A DNA stretch of 64,000 bases from a virus: IMG/VR virus record IMGVR_UViG_3300021400_000042. One strand, given 5' to 3'. Every line of letters starts with the position of its first letter. The first letter of the stretch is position 1. Shown piece after piece: positions 45,935-55,348 of this stretch. The position numbers and the translations under genes were made by a program. The notes under the pieces are model-generated. The model searched no databases. It had not been told where the DNA came from and saw only the letters and a list, made by a program, of their open reading frames with translations.

Positions 45935-45955
45935 CGCGCCCGCTTGTCGGGCGCG
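45935..45955 (+). promoter_or_regulatory. GC hairpin downstream of VR2
   Basis: CGCGCCCG-CTTGT-CGGGCGCG, 15 nt after VR2. Same loop and inner stem as the VR1 hairpin. Confidence 0.7.
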
Positions 45956-45989
45956 TAAACCAAAAACAGGAAGGAGGAAAAGACCAAAT

Positions 45990-46196
45990 ATGAAGGTCAC
46001 ATTGTTTTCGACAAACTGTCCGCGCTGTAAAGTCCTGGCACAGAAATTAACGGATAAGGGTATTGAATTCAATATCTCGGAAGACGTTGATGAGATGATC
46101 CGCAGGGGCTTCAGAAGTGCGCCGGTATTGGATGTTGACGGAAACTCGATGAATTTTAGTGATGCAATCAACTGGGTTGACGGCAGGGAAGGATAA
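45990..46196 (+). CDS. Glutaredoxin-like protein (NrdH-like)
   Basis: 68 aa with CPRC. AAGGAGGA RBS. Directly upstream of nrdD. The longer 45678 ORF is rejected. Confidence 0.7.
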   Translation: MKVTLFSTNCPRCKVLAQKLTDKGIEFNISEDVDEMIRRGFRSAPVLDVDGNSMNFSDAINWVDGREG

Positions 46197-46198
46197 CT

Positions 46199-48118
46199 AT
46201 GTACATACCTATCAAAGTAAACAAGGACTTTGAAAGAGTCCTTGACGGGTTGATTAAGAAGTATGGCGAAGACTTTGAAACCCTGAACGGTTTTCACGAG
46301 TCTCAGCTGAATTTTTCGGATTTTATCGATGGGTTCATTGATAAGAATGTGGCGGATGCTACGATTGACAGCAATGCGAACGCCCATCATAAGGACATCC
46401 GAAGCATGATGAATGAGAAGGGCAAATCGGAAGACAAGCTCTTCTGCTACAACAAAATCTATTTTGAACTGAAAAAGAAATATGGTCTCAGGACAGCAAA
46501 CGAGTGGCTGGAAACGGAGTACAACGGCGGGTTCTATCTGCATAATGCTCACACGAGTTCCATGATCCCGTATTGCTATGCTTACGATCTCAGCAGACTG
46601 GCAACAGAGGGACTTTTCTTCCTGGAAAACTACAACAATGAAGCTCCGAAGCACCTGACTACATTCCTGGATGACCTGATCGAATTTATCAGTTTCATGT
46701 CTAATCGCAGTTCAGGGGCCTGTGGTATCCCGAATGTCCTTCTGTGGACTATGTATTTCTGGAAGAAGGACTGTGATAACGGGTACTACATCAAAGATCC
46801 GGATTATTACATCCGGCAGTGTTTCCAGAAGTTTATTTACAGAATGAATCAGCCATTTATCAGGGTCGATCAGAGCGCCTTTGTCAATGTATCGATCTTT
46901 GACCGACATTACTATGAAGCTCTTTTCGGTGGGGTAACCTTCCCGGATGGATCCTTTGCCATTGATTATGTGGACCTGTTCATGGAGCATCAGAAAGTGT
47001 TCATGGAGGTTGTTTCGGACATCCGCAGCGCCAATATGTTCACGTTTCCGGTTCTGACCTATTCCCTGCTTTTCAAAGACGGAAAGTTTGCAGATGAGGA
47101 ATTTGCAAGATGGTGTTCTGACCATAACTGTACCTGGAACGACAGCAATTTCTTCCAGAGCGAAAGCACGGGAACGCTGTCAAACTGCTGCCGGCTTTTA
47201 TCCGATACAACGAAGCTGGATGCCTTTATCAATTCCATCGGCGGCACGGCCCTTTCCATCGGATCCGTACAGGTCAACACAATCAATCTGGTAAGGATTG
47301 CTTACGAGGCCGAAGGGGACGAAGAGAAGTATCTGGAAATCCTGAAGAAACGTGCGCTGCTTTGCTGTAAGGTGCTGGACGTTGTGCGGCACATCATAAA
47401 ACGGAACATCGAAAAGGGCCTGCTGCCGAATTACTGTGACGGCGGGATCGAGCTGGAAAAGCAGTATGCTACACTGGGCATTTTGGGATTATTTGAAACG
47501 GTGGAAGCATTCGGTCATACGGTCCGGGATGAGTTCGGAAACGTCTCATACACGGATGAAGGTATTGCCCTGGCGGATCAGATTTTCAAGGTCCTCAATG
47601 ATGTGAAGGATACCTTCCCGAAGGATTATTCCTTCAATATCGAGTCAGTGCCGGCGGAACGGGCAGCAGTCATCCTGTGCCAGAAGGACAATCTGCTGTA
47701 TGAGAAGAACGAGAAGTTCATCTATTCAAATCAGTGGATCCCGCTCTCAGAGAAATGCACGATTCAGGAAAAGCTCAGACTCAGCTCTATTCTGGATGAG
47801 AAGTGTTCCGGCGGAGCGATAGCACATATCAACCTGGAACAGAATTTCCCGAATACGGAAGTAGCCTGGAAGATGCTGAACTATATCGCGTCTCAGGGAG
47901 TGTTCTACTTCGCTTTCAATACCCGGATCAATGAGTGCAAAAACCATCACGGTTTTGTGGGTACGGATACATGCCCGGTATGTGGGGAGCCTGTCTATGA
48001 CACCTATCAGCGGATCGTGGGGTTCCTGGAACCGCGCCGGACATATTCCAAAGACAGGAAGCGTGAGTTTGATACCCGTAAATGGTATGAGTATGCGGAT
48101 CTGAAAGGTGAGATATGA
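46199..48118 (+). CDS. nrdD: Anaerobic ribonucleoside-triphosphate reductase
   Basis: C-terminal CPVCG Zn site and a glycyl-radical-type motif (QRIVGFL). Confidence 0.85.
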   Translation: MYIPIKVNKDFERVLDGLIKKYGEDFETLNGFHESQLNFSDFIDGFIDKNVADATIDSNANAHHKDIRSMMNEKGKSEDKLFCYNKIYFELKKKYGLRTANEWLETEYNGGFYLHNAHTSSMIPYCYAYDLSRLATEGLFFLENYNNEAPKHLTTFLDDLIEFISFMSNRSSGACGIPNVLLWTMYFWKKDCDNGYYIKDPDYYIRQCFQKFIYRMNQPFIRVDQSAFVNVSIFDRHYYEALFGGVTFPDGSFAIDYVDLFMEHQKVFMEVVSDIRSANMFTFPVLTYSLLFKDGKFADEEFARWCSDHNCTWNDSNFFQSESTGTLSNCCRLLSDTTKLDAFINSIGGTALSIGSVQVNTINLVRIAYEAEGDEEKYLEILKKRALLCCKVLDVVRHIIKRNIEKGLLPNYCDGGIELEKQYATLGILGLFETVEAFGHTVRDEFGNVSYTDEGIALADQIFKVLNDVKDTFPKDYSFNIESVPAERAAVILCQKDNLLYEKNEKFIYSNQWIPLSEKCTIQEKLRLSSILDEKCSGGAIAHINLEQNFPNTEVAWKMLNYIASQGVFYFAFNTRINECKNHHGFVGTDTCPVCGEPVYDTYQRIVGFLEPRRTYSKDRKREFDTRKWYEYADLKGEI

Positions 48119-48585
48119 AGATAAAGGTCGTGAATGTAATAGATGAGGATTTCTCAAATTACAAACGTGCATCCATGACCATAGGTTTTCCGTTCTGTAC
48201 TTTCAAGTGTGGGCGGCAGGTGTGTCAGAACGGCACACTTGCCGCAGCCCCAAAGATCGAGATAGAGGCGGCGGATCTGGTAGAGCGGTACATGAAAAAT
48301 CCCATTACGGAAGCAATCATCTTTCAGGGATTGGAACCGTTCGACTCTCCGGAGGTCTTTGATCTGGTAGCGGAATTCCGAGATAAGACGGATGACACGA
48401 TTGTGATTTATACCGGCTACACAAGGGAAGAGGCGGATGACAGAGCATGGATAGATTACTTGAAGTTCTTCCCGAATATCATTGTGAAGTACGGCCGGTT
48501 TATCCCCGGACAGGAACCACACTTTGATGAGGTTCTGGGAGTAAACCTTGCTTCTGATAACCAGTATGCAGTGAAGGAGTCCTGA
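48115..48585 (+). CDS. nrdG: Anaerobic RNR activating protein (radical SAM)
   Basis: ATGA overlap with nrdD. Cys cluster FCTFKCGRQVC. 156 aa. Confidence 0.65.
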   Translation: MKIKVVNVIDEDFSNYKRASMTIGFPFCTFKCGRQVCQNGTLAAAPKIEIEAADLVERYMKNPITEAIIFQGLEPFDSPEVFDLVAEFRDKTDDTIVIYTGYTREEADDRAWIDYLKFFPNIIVKYGRFIPGQEPHFDEVLGVNLASDNQYAVKES

Positions 48586-48586
48586 C

Positions 48587-48979
48587 ATGAAAAAGATACA
48601 TCCCTGGATCAGAGCAATGATTATTGTGATCGGGCTTTTGCTGATACTGACCGCTGTGCTGCACTTCCGGCAGCAGAGGCAGCAGCGGGAAATGGATAAG
48701 CAGGAGCTTCACTATGACGCTGACAACTATTTCCTCATGATCGATGCCACAAACGGGATTGCAGGATTTTACTTTTGCGCTCACCCGCTTACGCACATGC
48801 GGATCCGGACGGACGCGCTTGACGGTGTGTATGATGCATATTTCCATGATGGGTATATGTATTTGGAGCATACAAAGCAGGACGCGACAATTCAGGTCCC
48901 ATTGACAAGGCGGCAGGCGGCATGGATAGAGGCAGAATATGAGGACGGGTTTCCGGCCTTGGTGTACAGGAGGCGGTAG
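48587..48979 (+). CDS. Membrane-anchored hypothetical protein (130 aa)
   Basis: N-terminal TM segment WIRAMIIVIGLLLILTAVL. Confidence 0.5.
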   Translation: MKKIHPWIRAMIIVIGLLLILTAVLHFRQQRQQREMDKQELHYDADNYFLMIDATNGIAGFYFCAHPLTHMRIRTDALDGVYDAYFHDGYMYLEHTKQDATIQVPLTRRQAAWIEAEYEDGFPALVYRRR

Positions 48980-48982
48980 ACG

Positions 48983-49219
48983 ATGGCGATTGAGAAACGT
49001 TGGGAACATGGAGAAGAGATCTTCACACCGGTCTGTGATGGATGCGGTGATGAGTTGGCCGACGAATATGATTTTTATGACGCGGTAGACGCGAAGAAAC
49101 TTGCAGGATGGCGGTCAAAGAAGATTGATGGGGAATGGCAGGACTATTGTCCGGAATGCCAGGAGAGATTTAATCACGAAAACGCTGTGGGCGATTTTGC
49201 AGGGATAGGGAGGTTATAA
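48983..49219 (+). CDS. Zinc-ribbon protein (78 aa)
   Basis: Contains CDGCG...CPEC. Confidence 0.5.
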   Translation: MAIEKRWEHGEEIFTPVCDGCGDELADEYDFYDAVDAKKLAGWRSKKIDGEWQDYCPECQERFNHENAVGDFAGIGRL

Positions 49220-49221
49220 AG

Positions 49222-49686
49222 ATGGGACTGGTAGATTCTTTTGCAGCAGAAGACAGGGTTGAAGTAAAGTATTCGGACTTCTACAAACTGGTAAGAGCTG
49301 AAGCGGAAAGAGCGCTTTTGAAGAATGCCGTGTTTGCGGGGGTCCCGCGTGAGCAGATCCTTAAAATGCTGTCCGGTCAGAATGATGAGCTGGAAGAGTA
49401 CAGAAAGACCGGGCTGTCTCCGGATCAGATCAGGGAGATGGATAAGTTTTACGCAGAGAAGTGTAAGGAAGTTGCGATAACCACGGCTGAAAAGGATGTG
49501 CTGAAAAAGCAGATCGAGGATCTGATGGTGCAGCGCGAAGCGGAAGAGGCAGCAGCGGCAGATGCAGCTGTCCAGGATGAGGCGGAAGCGGCGGCTGATG
49601 GGGGCGAAGCTACACAGGCGGAAACTGAGACAGAAATTACTGCGGATCCGGACAAAAAAAAAACGGTCTGGAAAAAGGAACATTGA
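49222..49686 (+). CDS. Hypothetical acidic protein (154 aa) ending just after an A10 tract
   Basis: ORF with a GGGAGG RBS. Confidence 0.55.
   Translation: MGLVDSFAAEDRVEVKYSDFYKLVRAEAERALLKNAVFAGVPREQILKMLSGQNDELEEYRKTGLSPDQIREMDKFYAEKCKEVAITTAEKDVLKKQIEDLMVQREAEEAAAADAAVQDEAEAAADGGEATQAETETEITADPDKKKTVWKKEH
49654..49663 (+). promoter_or_regulatory. A10 homopolymer (possible slippage site)
   Basis: Direct reading of the sequence. One fewer A would fuse 49222-49686 to the frame ending at 49840. Confidence 0.5.
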
Positions 49687-49840
49687 CAGGGGTAAGATCC
49701 TCGCTTTAAAGAAAGCGGGTTGGAAGGTGAAGGATATTGCGGAAGATATGGGGTTGGAAGCATCGACTGTATCACAGGTCCTCTGGCAGGAGAACCGGAA
49801 AGCAAAGCAAGTGGGGAAAGATGAGAACGCGCTGTTATAA
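49664..49840 (+). CDS. Start-less frame encoding an HTH (possible frameshift extension)
   Basis: Encodes RSGKRNIDRGKILALKKAGWKVKDIAEDMGLEASTVSQVLW. There is no ATG, GTG or TTG upstream in this frame after the A10 tract. Confidence 0.35.
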   Translation, partial: RSGKRNIDRGKILALKKAGWKVKDIAEDMGLEASTVSQVLWQENRKAKQVGKDENALL

Positions 49841-50225
49841 GTGTTTTGGAGCGGCGATGGATGATTGTAAAGATTGTGAAAGGATATATGCCATGACAGT
49901 ACAGGAATATCAGGATAAAGCAAGACGGACACAGGCGCAGGGATTGAATCAGGAAGAGAGAATGCTTCATGCAGCTCTGGGCCTGACATCGGAAGCCGGT
50001 GAGGTGTCCGGGATCCTGCAGAAGAAATATCAGGGTCATCCGGTTGACCGGGATCATCTGATTAAGGAACTGGGTGATTGCCTTTGGATGATCGCGGAAG
50101 CGTGCGACGCTATTGACGTTCCGATGGAATACGTGATGGCAGTCAACATTAAGAAGCTGGAAGAGAGGTTCCCGGAAGGGTTTTCTGCTGAGAAATCGCT
50201 ACACCGGAAAGAAGGAGACATCTGA
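49821..50225 (+). CDS. mazG: MazG-like nucleotide pyrophosphohydrolase (start uncertain: 49821, 49857 or 49893)
   Basis: Contains LGLTSEAGEVSGILQKK...ELGDCLWMIA, the EExxE/D-type MazG helices. Confidence 0.7.
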   Translation: MRTRCYKCFGAAMDDCKDCERIYAMTVQEYQDKARRTQAQGLNQEERMLHAALGLTSEAGEVSGILQKKYQGHPVDRDHLIKELGDCLWMIAEACDAIDVPMEYVMAVNIKKLEERFPEGFSAEKSLHRKEGDI

Positions 50226-50227
50226 GA

Positions 50228-50428
50228 ATGAGCGGAACGGATATCCGGAAGAACGGTTCAGGATACAGAGACGATACAGCTTTTAGGGCGATTTGTAATG
50301 TAACACGGGAAGAAAGGAAAGCAAGGAGGCATGGTAACGCTAATATTCAGGCTCTTAGGCCTGGTCATAATCATAACGATAATAGCGCTGTGGATAAGCG
50401 CAATGATCGCACCGACAATGCCGGATAG
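50228..50428 (+). CDS. Hypothetical protein (66 aa)
   Basis: Starts 2 nt after the mazG stop. Confidence 0.4.
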   Translation: MSGTDIRKNGSGYRDDTAFRAICNVTREERKARRHGNANIQALRPGHNHNDNSAVDKRNDRTDNAG

Positions 50429-50573
50429 TTGGGACGAAGACGCAGGCAGGTTTATCCCTTGCTCGGATTGCTGCTGGAAATGTGATGATGATTATTCCCT
50501 TTTCGGAGAGCCGGGACCGGGCTGCAAAAGTTGTCCGTTTTGTCATAAGCCGGGAAATAATACAGTCGAATGA
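50331..50573 (+). CDS. Membrane-anchored Cys-rich protein (80 aa; overlaps the previous ORF)
   Basis: TM segment LLGLVIIITIIALWI, then CSDCCWKC...CKSCPFC. Confidence 0.4.
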   Translation: MVTLIFRLLGLVIIITIIALWISAMIAPTMPDSWDEDAGRFIPCSDCCWKCDDDYSLFGEPGPGCKSCPFCHKPGNNTVE

Positions 50574-50587
50574 AGTTGTCTGTCTGA

Positions 50588-50642
50588 TTGACAGATGATT
50601 TCTTTTGACTTATAATCGAAAGAGAGTTGAACGAAATCGACT
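50588..50642 (+). promoter_or_regulatory. Consensus promoter plus operator
   Basis: TTGACA (50588), 17 nt, TATAAT (50611). Operator AGTTGA-ACGAAA-TCGACT at 50625-50642. Confidence 0.7.
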
Positions 50643-50678
50643 CACGCTCTTAACCGGCAGTTAAAGGAGAGGCGATGC

Positions 50679-53147
50679 ATGAAACTACAGTATGACCGAC
50701 AGCTCACTATTTCAGTAGGGAACAGTCGGAAGGACATGAATTGGAAACCACAAACACTGACGATCGGTGAGTTGTGGGAAAGACTCAAAGTACCGGCAAG
50801 GGGTACGGAAACCATATCTCAATACCTTGCACTCAAAAAGGCGCAGCAGGACGAACTGAAGGACGTTGGCGGTTTTATGGCCGGTACACTGAGCGGCGGC
50901 AGGCGTAAAGCCTCCGCCGTTACCGGCAGGGATGTGGTCACGCTGGACTTTGATACCATTCCAGCCTATGGCACGGAAGGCGTGCTGAAGGCAGCCGATA
51001 ACCTGGGCTGCGGGTATGCCGTTTATAGTACCAGAAAGCATATCGAGACAGCGCCGCGCCTGAGATTACTTTTCCCTCTGGATAGAACAGTATCGGCAGA
51101 TGAGTATGAACCGATTGCCCGGTGGATGGCTGCACAGATCGGCATTCAGATGGCGGATCCTACCACGTTTGAACCGTCACGCCTTATGTACTGGCCTTCC
51201 TGTAGCGTGGACAGCGACTATGTATTCAAGTACAAGGACGCGCCACTTGTGAAGGCCGACGGCGTGCTGAACAGCTACACAGACTGGCGGGACTTCTCAT
51301 CCTGGCCGCAGGTTCCCGGAGCTGTCAGCTATCAGCGCCTTGCTACAAAGCAGGGTGATCCGGATACAAAACCGGGTGTCGTGGGCGCTTTTAACCGGGC
51401 ATACGGGGATGTCTATACCGTCATGGACAAGGTTATCCCTGGTATCTATGATCCGGTTGACGGAGATCCGAACAGATTCACGTATCTGGGCGGCAGCACG
51501 ACAGGCGGCGCGGTGGTGTACGACAACGGAAAGTTCTTGTATTCCCATCATGCGACGGATCCGTGCGGCGGAAAGCTGGTCAACTGTTTTGATCTGGTAC
51601 GCCTTCACAAGTTTGGTGACAAGGACGATGAGGCAGCGGCCGGCACTCCGAATAACCGTCTTCCGTCCTATCTGGCCATGTGTGAGTTCGCGGTTGCGGA
51701 TCCCTTGTGTTCTGCACTGATGGCGAAGGAACGCCACGAAGAGGCCATGAAGGATTTTGACGGCGTTGGGGCAGATAATCACGATGACCCGGCCAACTGG
51801 ATGCAGAAGCTCGATCTGAACGCCAAATCAGGCCTTGTAAAGCCTACCATTGACAACATTCTCATAATCCTTGACAACGATCCGATGCTGAAGAAAAAGT
51901 TCGCACTGAATCAGTTTGCAGGGCGCGGGGAGATCCTGGGGCAGCTTCCCTGGTCGAACGATAAGACGCGCCGGCTGTGGTCCGATACGGACAGCAACGG
52001 CCTTTACTGGTATCTGGAAAAGGCCTACCAAATCACCGGCAGAGGGAACATTGACGCGGCGCTGGATATTCACGCAGCCACGCACGCATTCAATGAGGTG
52101 CAGGATTATCTGAAGAGTCTGGAATGGGACGGTGTGCCGCGTCTGGACACGCTCTTTATCGACTATCTGGGGGCGGAGGATGACGCGGCGGGATACTGCA
52201 GGGCAGTGTGTCGGAAGTCCTTCACGGCGGCCGTAGCGCGTGCCATGGAGCCGGGTTGTAAGTTCGATAACATGCTGATTCTTTGTGGTCCGCAGGGCAT
52301 CGGAAAGTCAACCATATTAGACCGCATGAGTCACGGCTGGTTCAATGACAGTATCCGGACGTTTGAAGGCAAGGAAGCGGCGGAGCTGCTGCCGGGTGTC
52401 TGGATCGTGGAGGTGGCGGAGCTGGATGCATTTCGGCGGACGGACGTTGCCCGTATCAAACAGTTCCTCTCACTGAGATCTGACAGGTACAGAGCAGCAT
52501 ACGGACGGAACATGAAGGAACAGCCACGGACATGCATCTTCTTTGGAACCTGTAACCAGATGGACTTCCTGCAGGATACGACAGGAAACCGGAGGTTCTG
52601 GCCGGTGGACGTGGGGAAAAAGCTACACCCTAAGAATGTATGGAAGGATCTGACCGATGAAACGGTAGCGCAGGTCTGGGCGGAAGCAAAAGTCAGATGG
52701 CAGATGGGTGAACAGCTCTATCTCACGGGTGATCTGGAAGAGGCCGCAAAGGAACATCAGGAGCAGCACAGAGACACTTCACCGTGGGAAGGCATGATAC
52801 ATGAATTCATGGCAAAGCCGGTTCCGGATGACTGGTTGAAATGGGATCTGGACAGGCGGCGCGACTTCTGGGCGGCAAACGTGAAGGGCAGTTATAACCT
52901 GGTTCCCCGTGATCGGATAACAGCTATTGAAGTATGGTGCGAAATGTTCATGGGGAGAAAAAACGATATGAAAGCTAATGATCGGAAGGAAATAAATGCG
53001 TGTTTGGCGAATGCAAAGGGCTGGATCCGGGCAGATAAGCCGTTTTATGCAGGAATACCCTATGCGACGCAGAGAGGGTTTATTTCCAATATGACAGGCG
53101 TTCAGGCGGCATATAACCAAATTACAAACGGATGTAATATCCCGTAA
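50679..53147 (+). CDS. VirE / P4-type primase-helicase (822 aa)
   Basis: Walker A motif CGPQGIGKST. Size and context match virulence-associated-E or D5-like primase-helicases. Confidence 0.75.
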   Translation: MKLQYDRQLTISVGNSRKDMNWKPQTLTIGELWERLKVPARGTETISQYLALKKAQQDELKDVGGFMAGTLSGGRRKASAVTGRDVVTLDFDTIPAYGTEGVLKAADNLGCGYAVYSTRKHIETAPRLRLLFPLDRTVSADEYEPIARWMAAQIGIQMADPTTFEPSRLMYWPSCSVDSDYVFKYKDAPLVKADGVLNSYTDWRDFSSWPQVPGAVSYQRLATKQGDPDTKPGVVGAFNRAYGDVYTVMDKVIPGIYDPVDGDPNRFTYLGGSTTGGAVVYDNGKFLYSHHATDPCGGKLVNCFDLVRLHKFGDKDDEAAAGTPNNRLPSYLAMCEFAVADPLCSALMAKERHEEAMKDFDGVGADNHDDPANWMQKLDLNAKSGLVKPTIDNILIILDNDPMLKKKFALNQFAGRGEILGQLPWSNDKTRRLWSDTDSNGLYWYLEKAYQITGRGNIDAALDIHAATHAFNEVQDYLKSLEWDGVPRLDTLFIDYLGAEDDAAGYCRAVCRKSFTAAVARAMEPGCKFDNMLILCGPQGIGKSTILDRMSHGWFNDSIRTFEGKEAAELLPGVWIVEVAELDAFRRTDVARIKQFLSLRSDRYRAAYGRNMKEQPRTCIFFGTCNQMDFLQDTTGNRRFWPVDVGKKLHPKNVWKDLTDETVAQVWAEAKVRWQMGEQLYLTGDLEEAAKEHQEQHRDTSPWEGMIHEFMAKPVPDDWLKWDLDRRRDFWAANVKGSYNLVPRDRITAIEVWCEMFMGRKNDMKANDRKEINACLANAKGWIRADKPFYAGIPYATQRGFISNMTGVQAAYNQITNGCNIP

Positions 53148-53363
53148 TATTGCGTAATTTTGTAATGCGGTTGTCTTACAAAATTACAGGATATTACAAA
53201 CGTTGTAATCTCGGAAAGCCTTATTTTATCAGGGTTTCAAGAGAATATTACAAAATTACAATTATTTCTATAGAGGTATAGAAATAGAGAGAACAGGGGG
53301 TATATGTACTCCCTGTCCCGCCTAATCGCAACACGTCTATAACGCGCGCGCGAAAGTGTAATT
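53121..53363 (+). repeat. Iteron-rich element, copy B (starts inside the primase 3' end)
   Basis: Homologous to 28637-28892. GTAAT occurs at 53134, 53144, 53154 and 53162. Confidence 0.85.
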
Positions 53364-53468
53364 GTTCATTCCGGAAATCGGATTTTGCGGTTATGGGGGA
53401 CGAGCGCGAACCGTGTGCAGGTGTTCACTCTTACGCGCGGGGAATTTTTCGACGGGAGGCCGGCAGGG

Positions 53469-53771
53469 ATGGCAGAGAAGGATATTGAACGGAAACTGAA
53501 GAAGCGCGTCGAGGCGCTGGGCTGTATGTGCCTGAAGTTTGAGAGTCCGGGTTATACGGGAGTACCTGACCGGATCGTTCTCATGCCGGGAGGCGAGGCG
53601 TTCTTTGTGGAGCTGAAAGCACCTGGGAAGAAGGAACGGCCCCGGCAGGAATACGTACAGCAGCAGTTCCGGAATCTCGGATTTATCGTAGTCAGTTCAG
53701 TAGACAGCGAGGACGGCATCAATCGGGTTGTCGCACTGATCGAGTCTTATTTGCAGAGGGAACAGTTTTGA
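53469..53771 (+). CDS. VRR-NUC nuclease
   Basis: Contains GVPDRIVL...FFVELK. ATG at 53469 after a GGGAGG RBS. Confidence 0.7.
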   Translation: MAEKDIERKLKKRVEALGCMCLKFESPGYTGVPDRIVLMPGGEAFFVELKAPGKKERPRQEYVQQQFRNLGFIVVSSVDSEDGINRVVALIESYLQREQF

Positions 53772-55156
53772 AAGAGTATAAGCCGCACAGATATCAGCAA
53801 TATGTTACAGAGAAGATGATAGAGCTTCCCTTCATGGGTGCATGGCTGGACATGGGACTGGGAAAGACGGTCTGCACGCTGACGGCGCTACACAGCCTGA
53901 AGTATTACCGGTTCTGCATCCGGAAAGCTCTTGTCATCGCACCGAAAAAGGTTGCTGAGAATACATGGTCCGCAGAGGCGGCAAAATGGGAGCATCTGAA
54001 GGATCTGAGAGTGTCGGTTGTCCTGGGATCCGCAAAGGAACGGTTGGCGGCCCTGAAGGTGACCGCTGACGTTTATGTCATCAATCGGGAAAATACACAG
54101 TGGCTTGTCAAGCTGTACGGGAATAAGTGGCCGTTTGACGTGGTTGTCCTGGATGAAAGCAGTTCTTTCAAAAGTCATCAGGCAAAGCGCTTCAAGGCGC
54201 TGAAAGCGGTTCGGCCTCATATCGGCAGACTGATAGAGCTGACTGGCACACCGTCCCCGCATGGCCTTATGGATCTGTGGGCGCAGGTGTATTTACTGGA
54301 TGGAGGGGAGCGCCTGGGAAAGACGATCTCATGTTATCGGGAAATGTACTTTGTGCCGGATAAGCGCAGCCGTACAACGATATTCTCATACGCGCCGAAG
54401 GACGGCGCGGCGGATGCGATATACAGACAGATACAGGATATCTGTATCAGCATGAAGTCAGAGGATTATTTACAACTGCCGGATATGGTCATTGATGATA
54501 TTCCGGTTGCCCTGGATCCGAAGGCAAAGAGAGCCTATACAGAGCTTGAAAAGACCATGCTTTTGACTGTAGACGAAGACCAGCTTGTCACGGCAACGAC
54601 GGCGGCCACACTGACCGGGAAGCTGCTGCAGCTGTGCAATGGGGCAGTGTATGACGAAAACGGGGATGTTCTGGAAGTCCATGACTGCAAACTGGAAGCA
54701 TTCATGGAGACGATAGAACAGCTGAACGGACAGCACGCACTTGTCTATTATTACTTCAAGCATGATCGGGAAAGACTTCTTACGGCCCTGGGAAAAACGG
54801 GGTTGCGCGTGCGCGTGTATATGGGGGCGCATGATGAGAAGGACTGGAACGCGGGAAAGATTGACATATTATTGGCGCAACCGGCCTCATGCGGTTACGG
54901 TCTGAATCTGCAGGACGGCGGTCATCATGTAATATGGTTCGGCCTGACGTGGAGTCTGGAAGAGTACCAGCAGGCAAACAAACGCCTTCACAGGCAGGGG
55001 CAGCAGTTCCCTGTAATCATCCATAGATTGATTGTACAGGGCGGAACGGATGAGGATGTGATCCGGTCACTGGAAAGTAAAGACGGAGCGCAGGAGGCGT
55101 TACTTGCGGCCCTGAAAGCAAGAGTGGATAGAGCAAAGGAGGGGTTACCGGGATGA
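53768..55156 (+). CDS. SNF2-family helicase
   Basis: TTG start. Motifs GLGKT, DESS and a helicase-C motif HRQGQ. Confidence 0.8.
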   Translation: MKEYKPHRYQQYVTEKMIELPFMGAWLDMGLGKTVCTLTALHSLKYYRFCIRKALVIAPKKVAENTWSAEAAKWEHLKDLRVSVVLGSAKERLAALKVTADVYVINRENTQWLVKLYGNKWPFDVVVLDESSSFKSHQAKRFKALKAVRPHIGRLIELTGTPSPHGLMDLWAQVYLLDGGERLGKTISCYREMYFVPDKRSRTTIFSYAPKDGAADAIYRQIQDICISMKSEDYLQLPDMVIDDIPVALDPKAKRAYTELEKTMLLTVDEDQLVTATTAATLTGKLLQLCNGAVYDENGDVLEVHDCKLEAFMETIEQLNGQHALVYYYFKHDRERLLTALGKTGLRVRVYMGAHDEKDWNAGKIDILLAQPASCGYGLNLQDGGHHVIWFGLTWSLEEYQQANKRLHRQGQQFPVIIHRLIVQGGTDEDVIRSLESKDGAQEALLAALKARVDRAKEGLPG

Positions 55157-55347
55157 TGTATTTGATGGCGGCTGTATTTGTCGGATGGACAATCGGAGTT
55201 GTCGCAATCGTGATTGACTGGCGGAAAGACTGCAAAGAGATTGGCAGGGAGAATCTTGCGGTTTCATTGGGAGAACGGTTACGGGCATTTTTCCTTTGTT
55301 TTGTCCTTCCTGTGATCCTGGGATTGCTGACCAGAAGAAAGGGGTAA
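55153..55347 (+). CDS. Small membrane protein (64 aa)
   Basis: ATGA overlap with the upstream gene. Two TM segments. Confidence 0.45.
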   Translation: MMYLMAAVFVGWTIGVVAIVIDWRKDCKEIGRENLAVSLGERLRAFFLCFVLPVILGLLTRRKG

Positions 55348-55348
55348 G

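Noticed and set aside
45678-45989. Long ORF 45678-46196 overlapping VR2 in another frame
   Set aside because: Only the last 68 codons (from ATG 45990, with an AAGGAGGA RBS) form a glutaredoxin-like protein. The upstream part overlaps the DGR target gene out of frame.
53341-53352. Alternating CG run (CGCGCGCGCG) as a Z-DNA or special signal
   Set aside because: It is short, and in copy A it is interrupted (CGCGCGTGCG). It is treated only as part of the conserved GC box of the duplicated element.
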